Below, in pieces: positions 15,019 to 25,478 of a stretch of DNA of 29,468 nt (its first letter is position 1; each line of letters begins with the position of its first letter). Location: the IMG/VR virus record IMGVR_UViG_3300032233_001024, positions 1-29,468 of that record; one strand, given 5' to 3'. Below the pieces are notes generated by a model. That model ran no database searches and was not told where the DNA came from. It saw only the letters and a program-made list of their open reading frames with translations. This stretch comes from a virus. Lineage: Duplodnaviria > Caudoviricetes. Made by a program: the position numbers and the translations under genes.

Positions 15019-16623
15019 ATGGCCTTTCAGGGTTACACAATGCCACCTCCGTACAATGGGCTCGACCTGGTGAGCGCCATTGATAATATGGAGCCAACCT
15101 ATGCGTTGGAGTTGGTAAACGTGTACCCTGGAGCTGGCTCTCCAAGCGTTCGAAATGGATATCAAGAATACATAGCGGCTTCTAGTTTAGCTGGGACAAC
15201 CCCAATTACTTTTATGGAAACTCTCCATAAAGCCGATGGTACGTCTGAGCTTGTAGTTGCTACGCAAACCAAGCTTTACGCAATTACAGAGGGCGGTGTT
15301 GTTACCAACATTACTCCGACCCCAGCGCATACGAGAGGAGAATTTCAGAGCATAGTTTTTGCCAATAGAATGTATCTATGCAACGGAATAGATAACGCTA
15401 AGGTTTATAGCGGCGGTGGCGTAGCTGCTACAGATGTTACCTTCACAGGAGTATCATTATCGAGCCTTATCAACGTCAATGCGTATAAGGAGCGGCTTTA
15501 TTTCATTGAACAAAATACCAATAAAATTTGGTATGGAGATGTTCAGGTAACTGGAACTGGCGGCACCCCTGCCCTAAACAGTTTCGACTTCAAGTATGTG
15601 TTTACTCGAGGTGGCAGGTTATTATTTACAAGTAGCTTTACAAACCAATTCTCTCAAAGCTCTCAGTCATTATTTATGGCAGTGAGTAGCGAGGGAGAGA
15701 TAGTTTTTTATACTGGAACTTATGCTGGAGACGCTACTGGCTGGGGTATTGTTGCTCGTTACTTTGTTGGTCGTCCTCTCGGTTATCGAGCTTTTATCCG
15801 TGTTAACAACGATATTTGGATAATAACACAGCAAGGAATTGTTCCGGTATCGGCACTTTTCCAGATGGACCCTGAGCAAGCTCTTAACGTAATAAGCCAA
15901 CGAATTAATCCACTCATTACTGAATATTCAACGCAAAACTCTTTCGACAGAGATTGGACAGGATTCTTCTGGCCAGCGGGACGCAGAGTTTACATTAATA
16001 TTCCAAGTTCTTCGACGACCTCTTTCTTTTTGGTTTATAGCATTGATACCAAGGGATGGACTAAGTTTACTCTTAACTCCGATACCGATGGAATAGCTTC
16101 CTGCGTTTTCAAAAACCTCCCATTCTACGGTTCCAACGTGGGCAATGTTTGGCAGGGAGAAACAGGTCAAGCCGATGCCGTTATGCTATCTGGCGGTACT
16201 GGCCAAGCAATACCGTTCTCGTATCGAAGTGCCTTTAGCTTTTATGACAGTCGGGGAAACTATAAAGCATACAAGGATATTCGACCTCTTATTCGGTGTA
16301 AGCGAGGTATTAACTTTAACCTCGGATTAGATACTGATTTTAAGCAAACACAAACTGTAACTACTGTTACTACGTCTCCTGGCTATTTCACCCCATGGGG
16401 CTCGGCTTGGGGCATTGGTGCTGGCACAATAAGCACGGTGACTGGCCTTCCTCTTTCAGTTGTATTCACGCCATGGTCGTCAGGAATTGAATACGTGTTT
16501 GATAGATATGCAGTTAAAGGTCAAGGACATTCAGCCGCTATTCGTATGGGTGGTTCTGTTAAAAATACTACCTGCCAATTGTTTGGCTTTGAGGTACGTT
16601 TTGATTTAGGAGGTCAGGTATAG
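15019..16623 (+). CDS. Tail nozzle / DNA stabilisation protein (P22 gp10/T7 gp12-like)
   Basis: 534 aa beta-propeller-like (PPPYNGLD...ALELVNVYP...VRNGY; F.NRMYLCNGID...VYSG; YKERLYF); size and synteny. Confidence 0.8.
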   Translation: MAFQGYTMPPPYNGLDLVSAIDNMEPTYALELVNVYPGAGSPSVRNGYQEYIAASSLAGTTPITFMETLHKADGTSELVVATQTKLYAITEGGVVTNITPTPAHTRGEFQSIVFANRMYLCNGIDNAKVYSGGGVAATDVTFTGVSLSSLINVNAYKERLYFIEQNTNKIWYGDVQVTGTGGTPALNSFDFKYVFTRGGRLLFTSSFTNQFSQSSQSLFMAVSSEGEIVFYTGTYAGDATGWGIVARYFVGRPLGYRAFIRVNNDIWIITQQGIVPVSALFQMDPEQALNVISQRINPLITEYSTQNSFDRDWTGFFWPAGRRVYINIPSSSTTSFFLVYSIDTKGWTKFTLNSDTDGIASCVFKNLPFYGSNVGNVWQGETGQADAVMLSGGTGQAIPFSYRSAFSFYDSRGNYKAYKDIRPLIRCKRGINFNLGLDTDFKQTQTVTTVTTSPGYFTPWGSAWGIGAGTISTVTGLPLSVVFTPWSSGIEYVFDRYAVKGQGHSAAIRMGGSVKNTTCQLFGFEVRFDLGGQV

Positions 16624-16625
16624 TT

Positions 16626-17591
16626 ATGGCAAGCGCACTAAATAAAGATCCACGTTCAGGACGACAATCTCCGACTCGCGATCCTCGTGACATGGCCAAG
16701 TACAAGGCTGCTCAAGAGAACATTAAAAAGTATGCCTATGGTTCTCCTGAGTTTAATAACGCTTCTAAGCGTCTTGAGACTATTGGCGCTAAATACGGCC
16801 TTAAATGGCAACAGTGGGTGCCAAAAGGTCCAGGCGGCCAATCAAATCAAGTGCCAGCCGATGTTCGTGCAGAAGACGCCCAAATTAACCAGATCGGCTC
16901 AGACATTTATCAACAGATGGGTGGTTACGCCCAACAGTTTAATCCCGCAACATTTCAGCAACAGTATGAGCCACAGTTCAACCAGCAAATGGATCGAGCA
17001 TACAACAACATTTACAATCAGTTTGAGCGGCGCAATCAAGCTGAGTTCGCACGACAGAACGAAGAATTTCAGCAGAGCATGGCAGAACGTGGATTAGACC
17101 CAAACTCTGAAGCTTATAAAACTCTTTCAAAACAGCTTACTGATCGACAAGACCTTGCTCGACAAGAGGCACAAAGTGCAGCTACGCAACAAGCTTATGC
17201 CGTTCAGCAGCAGGGATTTGAGCAAGCTACTGGAACATCACTGCTTCCTGGTCAAATATGGAATCAATATTCTGCTCCATACCTAGCGCAATACGGCACT
17301 CGATCTGCAATGGATCTTTCAGCACAAAACCAGCAATACGCAAAAGAACTTGCAGCACTTGATTTTAAGTATAAACAAAGATTGCAGCAGTCTGCGCCTC
17401 GAGGCGGTGGAGGTGGTGGCAGTTCTCCTGACTACCTTGCTCAGTATGTTCTTGGTCAGACCATGGCAAATTATGCTCCACAAGGACAGCAACCCAATCC
17501 ATTGAATTATGCAATACAAGGCGGTGCTGCTGGTGTTGGTCAAAACTTGATCAACTATTGGGGTCAACCAACTACTACTAAAACATCCTAG
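16626..17591 (+). CDS. DNA ejection protein (putative)
   Basis: Q-rich helical protein with QSMAERGLDPNSEAY motif; follows the nozzle gene. Confidence 0.7.
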   Translation: MASALNKDPRSGRQSPTRDPRDMAKYKAAQENIKKYAYGSPEFNNASKRLETIGAKYGLKWQQWVPKGPGGQSNQVPADVRAEDAQINQIGSDIYQQMGGYAQQFNPATFQQQYEPQFNQQMDRAYNNIYNQFERRNQAEFARQNEEFQQSMAERGLDPNSEAYKTLSKQLTDRQDLARQEAQSAATQQAYAVQQQGFEQATGTSLLPGQIWNQYSAPYLAQYGTRSAMDLSAQNQQYAKELAALDFKYKQRLQQSAPRGGGGGGSSPDYLAQYVLGQTMANYAPQGQQPNPLNYAIQGGAAGVGQNLINYWGQPTTTKTS

Positions 17592-17599
17592 GGATAACT

Positions 17600-19054
17600 A
17601 TGGCAGGTGAAGAGTTATACACAGCACTGCAAGGACTAAACGTAGCGCCGGCTGAAACACCATGGGGGATGGGTGCTACTACTCTTGCAAAGTCTTTACC
17701 AAACCTTGTTAACCCATACAGCAGCCCTGGAACAAACCTTGCTACTGTACTTGGTGGAACTCTTCTTTCTTCGCTGCTTGGCTATCAGGCAAGTCGACAA
17801 GCTACCGAACAATCGTTGCAGCTTGGTCGCCTTGGTGCTGAATTGCAGGGATATCAAACTCCAAAAGAACGACTGTCGTTTATTGAGGGCGTTGATGACA
17901 ATTTCATGCAGCGTCGACTTCTTGGCTTGCAGAATGCTCTTCAAGCTCGAGAAAGCGCTATTGCACTTGGCGCTCAAGAAGCACAGCAAAAACAAGAGGC
18001 TCAGTATGCTGCACTCGGTTCCCCTGCAGGCCAAGCATACATTGACGCACAAACTCGATTGTATAGCGGTAAGCAAGATATTGCTCTTGAAAACAAGATG
18101 GCACTTGAGGCGGCTCGTAAAGAAACACAGTCGGACCTTATCAAACTTCGTGGTGATGAAAAAACACGCATAGAAGGTGAGATTGCTCAGAATAGGCTTC
18201 GTCGTCAGCAAGAAGGCGTTGATCCAATTTTAAATGAAAAACTTACGCTTGAAGAAGTAAGAGCAAAAGCTCAAGACGCTTTAAAGCAAGCTGAATCTCG
18301 TCGACGCATGGCCGAAGATCAGTTTAAGTCAGCACTTGATGCTGAAACTACCGATTTGCCAAAAGAAGTTCGGCAGGAAGTTTCTAATGCAACAAGTATT
18401 TCCACAAGAATGTTCGATCTTGCAAACAGGATTGAAAATTTAGATCCACTTAAGTTTAAGATTTATAAAAATTGGGATTCTCTCCCTAATTCTTTTAAAG
18501 CTGAATTTGCAGATATTAAATCCGTAATTGGTAACGCTCGATATGGAGCTTCGCTAACTGGCAACGAGCTTCGAACTTTGGAAAGTATTTTTGGTAGTGA
18601 CTTTACCACTGGGCCTGAAGCTTTTGCTAGAAACCTTCGCAATGCTTCCACTGCGCTTTTACAAAAAGCAAAGACAGGTGTTCAGATAAGTCAAATGAAG
18701 CCGGTCAATGTTAACAGCATGATCGACCAGATGATTCAAAATCAAGCTGCAATTGAAGATGTTGGCTTGCCTGTTGCCCCTAAAGCAGAATTAGGAGTTC
18801 CAGTAGCAGCGGATATTGAAGGCGTATTTGGGCAACTATCAGAAGCGTCAGCTAACATAGCAATGCCTACTCCTACTGCAGCTCCAACTACACCGGCTGA
18901 TAGCGCAGATGCAATTGAGCAAGAGCAAGCTGCACTACTTCAGGAGGCAGAACGTTACGACCAGCAGAATGGAGTTGGTTCGGCTAGGCAGTCTCCTACG
19001 TTTCAACAACGTGCTGCACAATTAAAACAACGACGAGCAAAGCTAGGAATATAG
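17600..19054 (+). CDS. DNA ejection protein (putative)
   Basis: N-terminal hydrophobic Gly-rich helix (LATVLGGTLLSSLLG) followed by long coiled coils. Confidence 0.7.
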   Translation: MAGEELYTALQGLNVAPAETPWGMGATTLAKSLPNLVNPYSSPGTNLATVLGGTLLSSLLGYQASRQATEQSLQLGRLGAELQGYQTPKERLSFIEGVDDNFMQRRLLGLQNALQARESAIALGAQEAQQKQEAQYAALGSPAGQAYIDAQTRLYSGKQDIALENKMALEAARKETQSDLIKLRGDEKTRIEGEIAQNRLRRQQEGVDPILNEKLTLEEVRAKAQDALKQAESRRRMAEDQFKSALDAETTDLPKEVRQEVSNATSISTRMFDLANRIENLDPLKFKIYKNWDSLPNSFKAEFADIKSVIGNARYGASLTGNELRTLESIFGSDFTTGPEAFARNLRNASTALLQKAKTGVQISQMKPVNVNSMIDQMIQNQAAIEDVGLPVAPKAELGVPVAADIEGVFGQLSEASANIAMPTPTAAPTTPADSADAIEQEQAALLQEAERYDQQNGVGSARQSPTFQQRAAQLKQRRAKLGI

Positions 19055-19057
19055 ATC

Positions 19058-22000
19058 ATGGCATACACATCGCTTGATGACCTACTTGGTGCAGAACCTC
19101 AAACGAGCAGTACATATGCTCCTGGTACCAGCTTGTCTTCAATGCTTGCAGGGGAAGCAAGGCCGATAGGGTCTGCTCCTATGACTCCTTATGCGGCTCA
19201 GGCATCTCAAATGATGACACCGCTTAATGAGGCAATGCCATATACCCCTGTCAATCCTTTCCTTTTGCCAGAAGCTGAGAAAAGCAGAATAACTTCTCAA
19301 ATTTTGGCTCGTCGTGGTGGCGACATTAACACCCCAGGTTCTGCGGCTTATATTGCAAACCAAGCACAGAAGATTCGAGAAATGGAAACTCTTGGATCAT
19401 TTCTTGGAGGAATTAGCGAAGGTTCTACGTTTGGCTTTGGTAACGAGCTTACCTCTGCTCTTATGGCACCTTTCTCGACTCAAACCTACGGGCAGCTTTT
19501 CGAAGAGCAACAACGTGCTGCTAACGCTGTTCCAGGCGCTAAGTTAACTGGAGAGTTGGCAAGTGCTTTGCTGCCGAGTGGGTTAGCTCGTAGCACTATT
19601 AGAGCCGTTGCTACTTCTGGCAGGGCTGTTCCTACACTTGCTGAGAAGGTTTTGCTTGGCGCAACAAGTGGTGAGCTTGCGGCTGCACGAAAAGCGGCTG
19701 GTATTACATCGACACTCGAAACTGTCCCAGTAGCAACACGATTGAAAGAGCTTGGACAGATTGGAGCGGCTCAAGGCGCATTATTTGGGGCTGGAGCCGC
19801 AGAGCCATCAGCCAATGCTACGGTTGAGGATGCTTTAAAACAACGCCTTGAAGGTGGTCTTGTTACTGGCGGCGTCAGTGCGGTAGGAGGTTCATTGCTT
19901 GGAGCATTGGGCATAGCCGCAGAAAAAACTCCTGCAATTGCAAGCAAGATTTCTGGCGTAGTCAAAAAACAATTTAAAAAGCTATCGCCAACCGAAGCTG
20001 ATACTGTAGTTGCCAATACACTTGAGTCGCTTGGTGCAAGCGAAGCTGTTATTGACGATGCTATTGCAAAGCAAAACACTTCCACCAATCCACTTGCTAA
20101 AACTCTTACTACAGATGAGCTTGTTCAAAAGCCAGAGCTTTCTGCTGTTCGAGAAGTTGCACAAAAAGCTGGTACTGGTGTTGGGCCTGAAGATTTCTTC
20201 CGTCAAGAGCAAAAGCAAATGGCTATACTTGAGCAGCGTTTGGCTTCAGTTGCTGCAGAGCCGGACCCTGCTAAGAGAGCTATTGTTGGCGATGAGATCC
20301 AGCAAGAAATAAAAGACCGCATTACTAGGGCGCACTCGATAGGAGATCGTCTTTATCAGCAAGTTCCAGGGGATGTTAAGTACTCTAAGGGAACACTCAA
20401 CAGCGACCTTACAAAACTTGAGAAGACTTTATACCCTGAGGAAAAAGGAGCATTGGGCTCTCGTGTATCCCGTATTCTTGGATACATAAAAGCTCCTAAA
20501 GCAAAGGATGCTCTTATTAAGGGAAGTGGCGCTGCTCAAGATGAGATCAGTGTTCGTGAGCTTATTAATGCTCGTAGTGCATTGCTCGAAGAGTCTCGTA
20601 AGCTTCAAGCCGCTGGCAACACAGATGAGGCTTTGCTTGCTGGAGAAGCAGCAGCATTGCTACATCAAAAGATCGTCAGTGATCCAGAGGTCGCTAAGAA
20701 GTTTGGTAGAGCCAATGCTTTCTGGTCCAATATGTGGGACACGTACCACAAGGGATACATTAAGAACCTTACTGATAGCACAGTAATTTCTCCAGAGAAC
20801 GTACTTGCAAATGCCACAAGTAACTCGGCAGCGTTTGAGCAATTTGCTCGACAGACTGGGTACAGTGTAGAGCGTTTGCAGGATGCTCTTGGTGCTAAGT
20901 TTTCTGAGTTTAACAAGCTTGGTAAGGACATTAACGCTAAGCTTCAGTGGATTGATAACAATCTTTCTCTATTTGCTGATCGCAATATAAATGACGCTAT
21001 CAGCAAAACACCAATTGGCGTTAAGTATCGACGTACTCTTGAAAACGCCAGAAAAACTCTTCTTGAGGCGAAGGATGTTTTTTCTCAACGCAAAGAAGCA
21101 AAAGAGGCGGTTGGTTATAAACTTGGCCTTGATAAGTTTGGCGAGCAGGGTCTTCCAGAACTTGCAACAATAGCTATTTCTGCTCGAGGAAATGCTGGTG
21201 GAGAATCTAGTGCAGCTATTGAATCTGGAGTAAGGCAATTCTTCAGAGATAAGATTCGTCAGGTTTCTGGAAGAACATTAGGAGAGGCAGGTGCTGGACT
21301 TATTGGAACTGCAGGGGGCCTTGCTGCTGCGGGGGTTGGTGCTGCTCCTGCTGTCATTGGTGGTGCTGCAGTAGCTGGTGTTGGTATGGCACTTCGTGCT
21401 GCTAATATTGCTAAGCGAAATAAAGATGCTGCTCTTCTTAATGAATCACTTGTTGCCGCACTAAGAGATCCAGGTAGAGCGAAGATGGCATTCGTTCGTC
21501 GTCGCACCTCTGAGTTTGCTGCAAAAGCACGGCCAGATGTGAAAGGCGCTACGTTCTCTGATGTTTTGACTTCTAAGGCTGTTGCTCCTGCTACTGCTGG
21601 CGCTACTGCAAACATGACTCCAGCGAGGCAAGAAGAGCCAAAAAAGCAAGCTGGATATCAATCGCTTGATGACCTTATGGCTCCAGTTGAAAAGCCACAA
21701 ACAAGTGTTGTTGATACAATTGCTCAAGCAATTATTCCTTCTGCAGAGGCTGCAGAAATAAAGCCTAAGGCTGCTGCAGTTGCTGCTGCTCAAGCAAAGC
21801 TTCAAGCTCGAGGCGCAAAACCACAAGGCAATGTTGTCAAGCCAACCGTAACTGGCAAGCCACAATTACGGCCTACAGTAAAAGCCAAGCAAACCCCAAT
21901 GCCAAAGATTGGCGGTGAGTGGCCTGAAGTTAGAGCAAAAGCTCTTCAGTCTGCGTTTCGTTTAGATCGAGCAAAACAGATACAATTGTTGAACAGGTTT

Positions 22001-22417
22001 GTATCGGCTAAGCCTTACAAAGATGTTTTAAAGAAGCTTGATCCACTTACTCGAGCGGTTATTCGCACAGAGTCTCGTGAAAACCACGCACAGATAAGCC
22101 CTGTTGGTGCTATTGGCCTTATGCAAATTATGCCAGCAACAGCGGCTCACTTGCGAATTAATCCTTACAACCCAATTGAGAACATTGAGGGAGGTCGTAA
22201 GTACCTTCGTCAGATGGTTGATAAGTATGATAACGTTGAACTTGCTCTTGCTGCTTATAATTGGGGACCAGGCAACGTAGATAAAGCTAAATCATTCCTT
22301 GAACGGAAAGGCGTAAAACCTACGTTTGCGAACATGGTAAAATACGCTACGAGGATTTCTCTCCCACAAGAAACTAAGGATTATATTACACGAGTAAAAG
22401 AGAATTATAAGAAATAG
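19058..22417 (+). CDS. Large ejection protein with a C-terminal soluble lytic transglycosylase (SLT) domain
   Basis: AVIRTES (catalytic Glu), [50 protein letters not shown] and Ala/Gly-rich hydrophobic helices N-terminally. Confidence 0.9.
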   Translation: MAYTSLDDLLGAEPQTSSTYAPGTSLSSMLAGEARPIGSAPMTPYAAQASQMMTPLNEAMPYTPVNPFLLPEAEKSRITSQILARRGGDINTPGSAAYIANQAQKIREMETLGSFLGGISEGSTFGFGNELTSALMAPFSTQTYGQLFEEQQRAANAVPGAKLTGELASALLPSGLARSTIRAVATSGRAVPTLAEKVLLGATSGELAAARKAAGITSTLETVPVATRLKELGQIGAAQGALFGAGAAEPSANATVEDALKQRLEGGLVTGGVSAVGGSLLGALGIAAEKTPAIASKISGVVKKQFKKLSPTEADTVVANTLESLGASEAVIDDAIAKQNTSTNPLAKTLTTDELVQKPELSAVREVAQKAGTGVGPEDFFRQEQKQMAILEQRLASVAAEPDPAKRAIVGDEIQQEIKDRITRAHSIGDRLYQQVPGDVKYSKGTLNSDLTKLEKTLYPEEKGALGSRVSRILGYIKAPKAKDALIKGSGAAQDEISVRELINARSALLEESRKLQAAGNTDEALLAGEAAALLHQKIVSDPEVAKKFGRANAFWSNMWDTYHKGYIKNLTDSTVISPENVLANATSNSAAFEQFARQTGYSVERLQDALGAKFSEFNKLGKDINAKLQWIDNNLSLFADRNINDAISKTPIGVKYRRTLENARKTLLEAKDVFSQRKEAKEAVGYKLGLDKFGEQGLPELATIAISARGNAGGESSAAIESGVRQFFRDKIRQVSGRTLGEAGAGLIGTAGGLAAAGVGAAPAVIGGAAVAGVGMALRAANIAKRNKDAALLNESLVAALRDPGRAKMAFVRRRTSEFAAKARPDVKGATFSDVLTSKAVAPATAGATANMTPARQEEPKKQAGYQSLDDLMAPVEKPQTSVVDTIAQAIIPSAEAAEIKPKAAAVAAAQAKLQARGAKPQGNVVKPTVTGKPQLRPTVKAKQTPMPKIGGEWPEVRAKALQSAFRLDRAKQIQLLNRFVSAKPYKDVLKKLDPLTRAVIRTESRENHAQISPVGAIGLMQIMPATAAHLRINPYNPIENIEGGRKYLRQMVDKYDNVELALAAYNWGPGNVDKAKSFLERKGVKPTFANMVKYATRISLPQETKDYITRVKENYKK

Positions 22418-22425
22418 GAGACGGT

Positions 22426-23622
22426 ATGGGTTGGTCCGGAGGGCTTTATACAAAAGGAAATTCAGCCACAGGTGGTTGGGTTGGTGATGCTTCTACCGGC
22501 ATTGGTATTGAGGCTGGTCGTCACGATACGCAAGACAATGACTTCGCTACTGGTATCAACCAGTGCATTAATAAGGATGGTTCAAACTCCTTCAGTGGCA
22601 ATGCCAATCTTAACAACAACAAGATTGTGAATGTTAGTTCCGCAACGCTTCGTTCCGATGCTCCTAATGCTGGCCAAGTGCAAGACAATTCATTGCTATG
22701 GGGTGGGACTTCTGGTGGAGCCGCAAACGCTCAAACACTTACTCTAGCGCCAATCATTACAGCGTATGTAGCAGGACAGCGATATTCATTTATTGCTGGG
22801 TTTACAAATACTGCGGCTGCAACATTGAATATCAATGGAGTTGGAGCAAAGAATATCTTTAACACTGCTACTGGTGCTGCCATTGGAGCTGGAGAGATTG
22901 TTGCTACTCGTGCGTATGAAGTTATTTATGACGGCACACAATTTTTGCTGCTTAACGATGTAACGCCAATTCAAAATGGGGATTATATTTGGCTTGGCAC
23001 TACTGGCGGCACTGCTACAGCTATGACTGCCTCAGCTACTCCTGCGATTACAGCATATAAAGCTGGTCAAAAGTTTAGGATGAAGGTTGGAGCTGGCCTT
23101 GGTTCAACTGGCTCAACAGCAACGTCACATACAATCAACATTAACGGTGTTGGAGCCAAAAACATTGTTAATAATGAAGATTCTACTAATCCGACTATTG
23201 GGACATGGATTGCTAGTGCAATTATGGAATTAGTCTACGACGGAACTAACTTTTTAATAACAAACGATCCTGGTGGATGGCTTTCTTTCAGTCCGTCTTT
23301 TGGCGTTGCAGGGGGAGGAACGTCAGGCGAAATAAATGTTTATAGTTTGTTTCGTAAAAATAAAAAAACTATTCAAGTTCAGGTCTATTATCAATGGACA
23401 CAAACAGTAGTGCCCGCCACTTATGTACTTTTTATACCCCCGGTAAACGCCGCAACAAATTTTCAAATGCTAAGTGCTATGGGATGGTTATCTGCAAATT
23501 CAGTTTCAGGTTTTGCATATACAAATCCTGTTTCGCAGGTAAACATATATAATTATAACCTAGGCACATTTGCCTTGGGTGCGTCTTCAATTTTAGTAAA
23601 CGGAAGTTACAGGAGCGTATAA
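22426..23622 (+). CDS. Tail fibre protein
   Basis: N-terminal anchor (RHDTQDNDFATGINQCINKDGS...N.KIVNV...DA.N.GQVQ), two tandem ~95 aa repeats and a beta-rich tip; followed by a chaperone. Confidence 0.85.
   Translation: MGWSGGLYTKGNSATGGWVGDASTGIGIEAGRHDTQDNDFATGINQCINKDGSNSFSGNANLNNNKIVNVSSATLRSDAPNAGQVQDNSLLWGGTSGGAANAQTLTLAPIITAYVAGQRYSFIAGFTNTAAATLNINGVGAKNIFNTATGAAIGAGEIVATRAYEVIYDGTQFLLLNDVTPIQNGDYIWLGTTGGTATAMTASATPAITAYKAGQKFRMKVGAGLGSTGSTATSHTININGVGAKNIVNNEDSTNPTIGTWIASAIMELVYDGTNFLITNDPGGWLSFSPSFGVAGGGTSGEINVYSLFRKNKKTIQVQVYYQWTQTVVPATYVLFIPPVNAATNFQMLSAMGWLSANSVSGFAYTNPVSQVNIYNYNLGTFALGASSILVNGSYRSV
22678..23268 (+). repeat. Tandem intragenic domain duplication in the tail fibre
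   Basis: W.GT.GG.A.A.T....P.ITAY.AGQ...NINGVGAKNI.N...E..YDGT.FL..ND at ~22678-22959 and ~22969-23268. Confidence 0.85.
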
Positions 23623-23865
23623 ATGATAACATGGGACGACACATTACCTCCGTTAATTGATCGCATAAATCCAAGCAACGAAGATATTATAAGAGGGATA
23701 AAAAACTGGCGTAACCGTGAACTAGCAGCTTCCGATTGGACGCAACTACCCGACGTAGACCTTGCGAACAAATGGGATTGGGCAGTGTATCGCCAACAGT
23801 TACGAGATATGCCATCTCAAGGCGATGACCCTAAACTTTGGGTATTCCCAGTATCGCCGACATGA
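23623..23865 (+). CDS. Tail fibre assembly chaperone
   Basis: RNRELAASDWTQLPD...W.VYRQQLRDMP.Q......FP..P signature. Confidence 0.9.
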   Translation: MITWDDTLPPLIDRINPSNEDIIRGIKNWRNRELAASDWTQLPDVDLANKWDWAVYRQQLRDMPSQGDDPKLWVFPVSPT

Positions 23866-24254
23866 AAAAGCTAAAGCTTGTCAGAGTGTCGGAGCATAAT
23901 GACGCTACATTTGGCGTATTGTGTATTGATGCTCGTCCGATGTTTGTGACATTGGAAGACAAGTGGAGAGACAACGAGCGCATGGTGTCATGCATTCCAA
24001 AAGGAAAGTACGTTATCAAGCGCCATCAATCGCCGAAGTTTGGCGAAGTGTTTAAGGTTTTAGATGTGCCAGGACGCAATGAGATCCTGGTCCACGCAGG
24101 TAACACGCATAAGGACACGCACGGTTGTATATTACTTGGATTAATGTACGGACTGGTTGGCACTGAGTCTGCAATCCTCTCAAGTAGAGCTGCGCTCGCC
24201 AACTTTATGACAGCAATGTCTGAAGTGGAGAAAGCAGAGCTTGAGATTGTATGA
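23862..24254 (+). CDS. DUF5675-family protein, putative endolysin
   Basis: ATGA overlap; TFGVL...TLED.W..N...SCIP.G.Y...SPKFG...VPGR.EILVHAGN..KDT.GCILLG; located in the lysis position. Confidence 0.8.
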   Translation: MKKLKLVRVSEHNDATFGVLCIDARPMFVTLEDKWRDNERMVSCIPKGKYVIKRHQSPKFGEVFKVLDVPGRNEILVHAGNTHKDTHGCILLGLMYGLVGTESAILSSRAALANFMTAMSEVEKAELEIV

Positions 24255-24493
24255 CGGAAACAGACATAACGCAGTTTAGATACTGGCTTGACCTGATACT
24301 TAAAAGCATCATTGGCATTGTCATTTCGTTGGTTGGAATGGACTACCGACAAGTCAAAAACAGCTTAAAGGAACTTGAACAGAGCAAGTATAGTTTAACG
24401 ATCCAGGTTGAGGTTATGCACGTTGAGCTTAACTCTATTAAAGCTCGTTTGGAGCGAATAGAAGAAAAGCTGGATAAGGCTCTTGACCGATGA
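24251..24493 (+). CDS. Holin-like membrane protein (one TM helix plus coiled coil)
   Basis: WLDLILKSIIGIVISLVGM TM segment, then heptads ending LERIEEKLDKAL; adjacent to the endolysin. Confidence 0.6.
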   Translation: MTETDITQFRYWLDLILKSIIGIVISLVGMDYRQVKNSLKELEQSKYSLTIQVEVMHVELNSIKARLERIEEKLDKALDR

Positions 24494-25317
24494 GAATACT
24501 TTTACTGCTGTTAGTATTCATGGCAACGGCAGAAGCGCAGGGCATTAGTTATATTGGCCTCTGCAACAATACCTGGGATTGCGATAAAGTTATTCAAACC
24601 TGGGGCAATAAGCCGATAGTTACTGGCTGGCTTGAAGAGTCGTTTGGCGATAAATGCGAGTGTGGTAAGCGCATCCTCCGAAGCACAAAAGAAAAGACGC
24701 TCCGCATACACCTGATCAACTCTCCGTGTATGCGTAACAAGCGGTGCGACAAGTCTGACGTGCTTTATAAACAGTCTATCGCCTCTGCCAATCGCAAGAT
24801 GGTTAAACCTCGCTCCGATGTGAGGCGCAAGTTTAATAGGGTTTTACTACGATTTAAGCGACGACTGGAATCGGCAAAAGGTTCAATGACCTGTTATGTG
24901 TCGCCATGTTTGGAGTGTGACCTTTATGGACCAGCTCGGAAAACTATGCTTGCTGCTGTATCTGCTCACCTGCCTAACTGTGTTTTGGTGGACAATCCAC
25001 TTAAAGGACATTGCATTGAAGGGACGGTCTGTGAAAGACATGGAATTGATCCGAAGCTCTCTCGACCATGTATAGCTGATCTGGATGGCATGGAAGCTGA
25101 AAGTTTATTTGACTTGAAGAGATATTATCGGAACACTAAGGAGTGCGACCTGCGGTTTTATTGGTCGTCATGGATGAATTGCAGCGGCGTAAAAGAGTTT
25201 GACGCTTCTAACCCCACATCACGCTTCATTTCCCCCTCCAAGCGTCGATGCAATTCGTCTGTGTTTAATTTTAAGGAAGCAGGACGGATAGCATGGAAAT
25301 ACTTATCGGTTCGATAG
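24490..25317 (+). CDS. Secreted cysteine-rich protein of unknown function
   Basis: Signal peptide MRILLLLLVFMATAEA (A-x-A site); 16 Cys in the mature part; ATGA-coupled to the upstream gene. Confidence 0.8.
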   Translation: MRILLLLLVFMATAEAQGISYIGLCNNTWDCDKVIQTWGNKPIVTGWLEESFGDKCECGKRILRSTKEKTLRIHLINSPCMRNKRCDKSDVLYKQSIASANRKMVKPRSDVRRKFNRVLLRFKRRLESAKGSMTCYVSPCLECDLYGPARKTMLAAVSAHLPNCVLVDNPLKGHCIEGTVCERHGIDPKLSRPCIADLDGMEAESLFDLKRYYRNTKECDLRFYWSSWMNCSGVKEFDASNPTSRFISPSKRRCNSSVFNFKEAGRIAWKYLSVR

Positions 25318-25478
25318 TTCGACACCTTCTCACGCTTGTAGCTGGTTCACTTTTGACAATAGGTGTATCAGAGGCTGACACACATCAATTGGCTGAAGCT
25401 GCTACGCCAGTAGTTTCTGGCGCTGTTCTTTACGGCGTGTCGCAGGTTTGGTCGTTTAAGGATAAGAAAAAGCGTTAA
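25293..25478 (+). CDS. Small two-TM putative holin (Pam3 gp28-like)
   Basis: IGSIVRHLLTLVAGSLL..G......A...VSGAVLYGVSQVWS followed by a basic tail KDKKKR. Confidence 0.65.
   Translation: MEILIGSIVRHLLTLVAGSLLTIGVSEADTHQLAEAATPVVSGAVLYGVSQVWSFKDKKKR

Noticed and set aside
3645-21865. Many alternative-frame and antisense ORFs inside terL, portal, capsid and ejection genes
   Set aside because: Shadows of long, codon-biased genes, with no start signals or motifs.
15019-22426. Four consecutive virion genes end in TAG, suggesting amber recoding or read-through fusion
   Set aside because: Three of the four junctions are out of frame. The in-frame one (19054/19058) has its own AGGA SD, and all genes are full length under the standard code.
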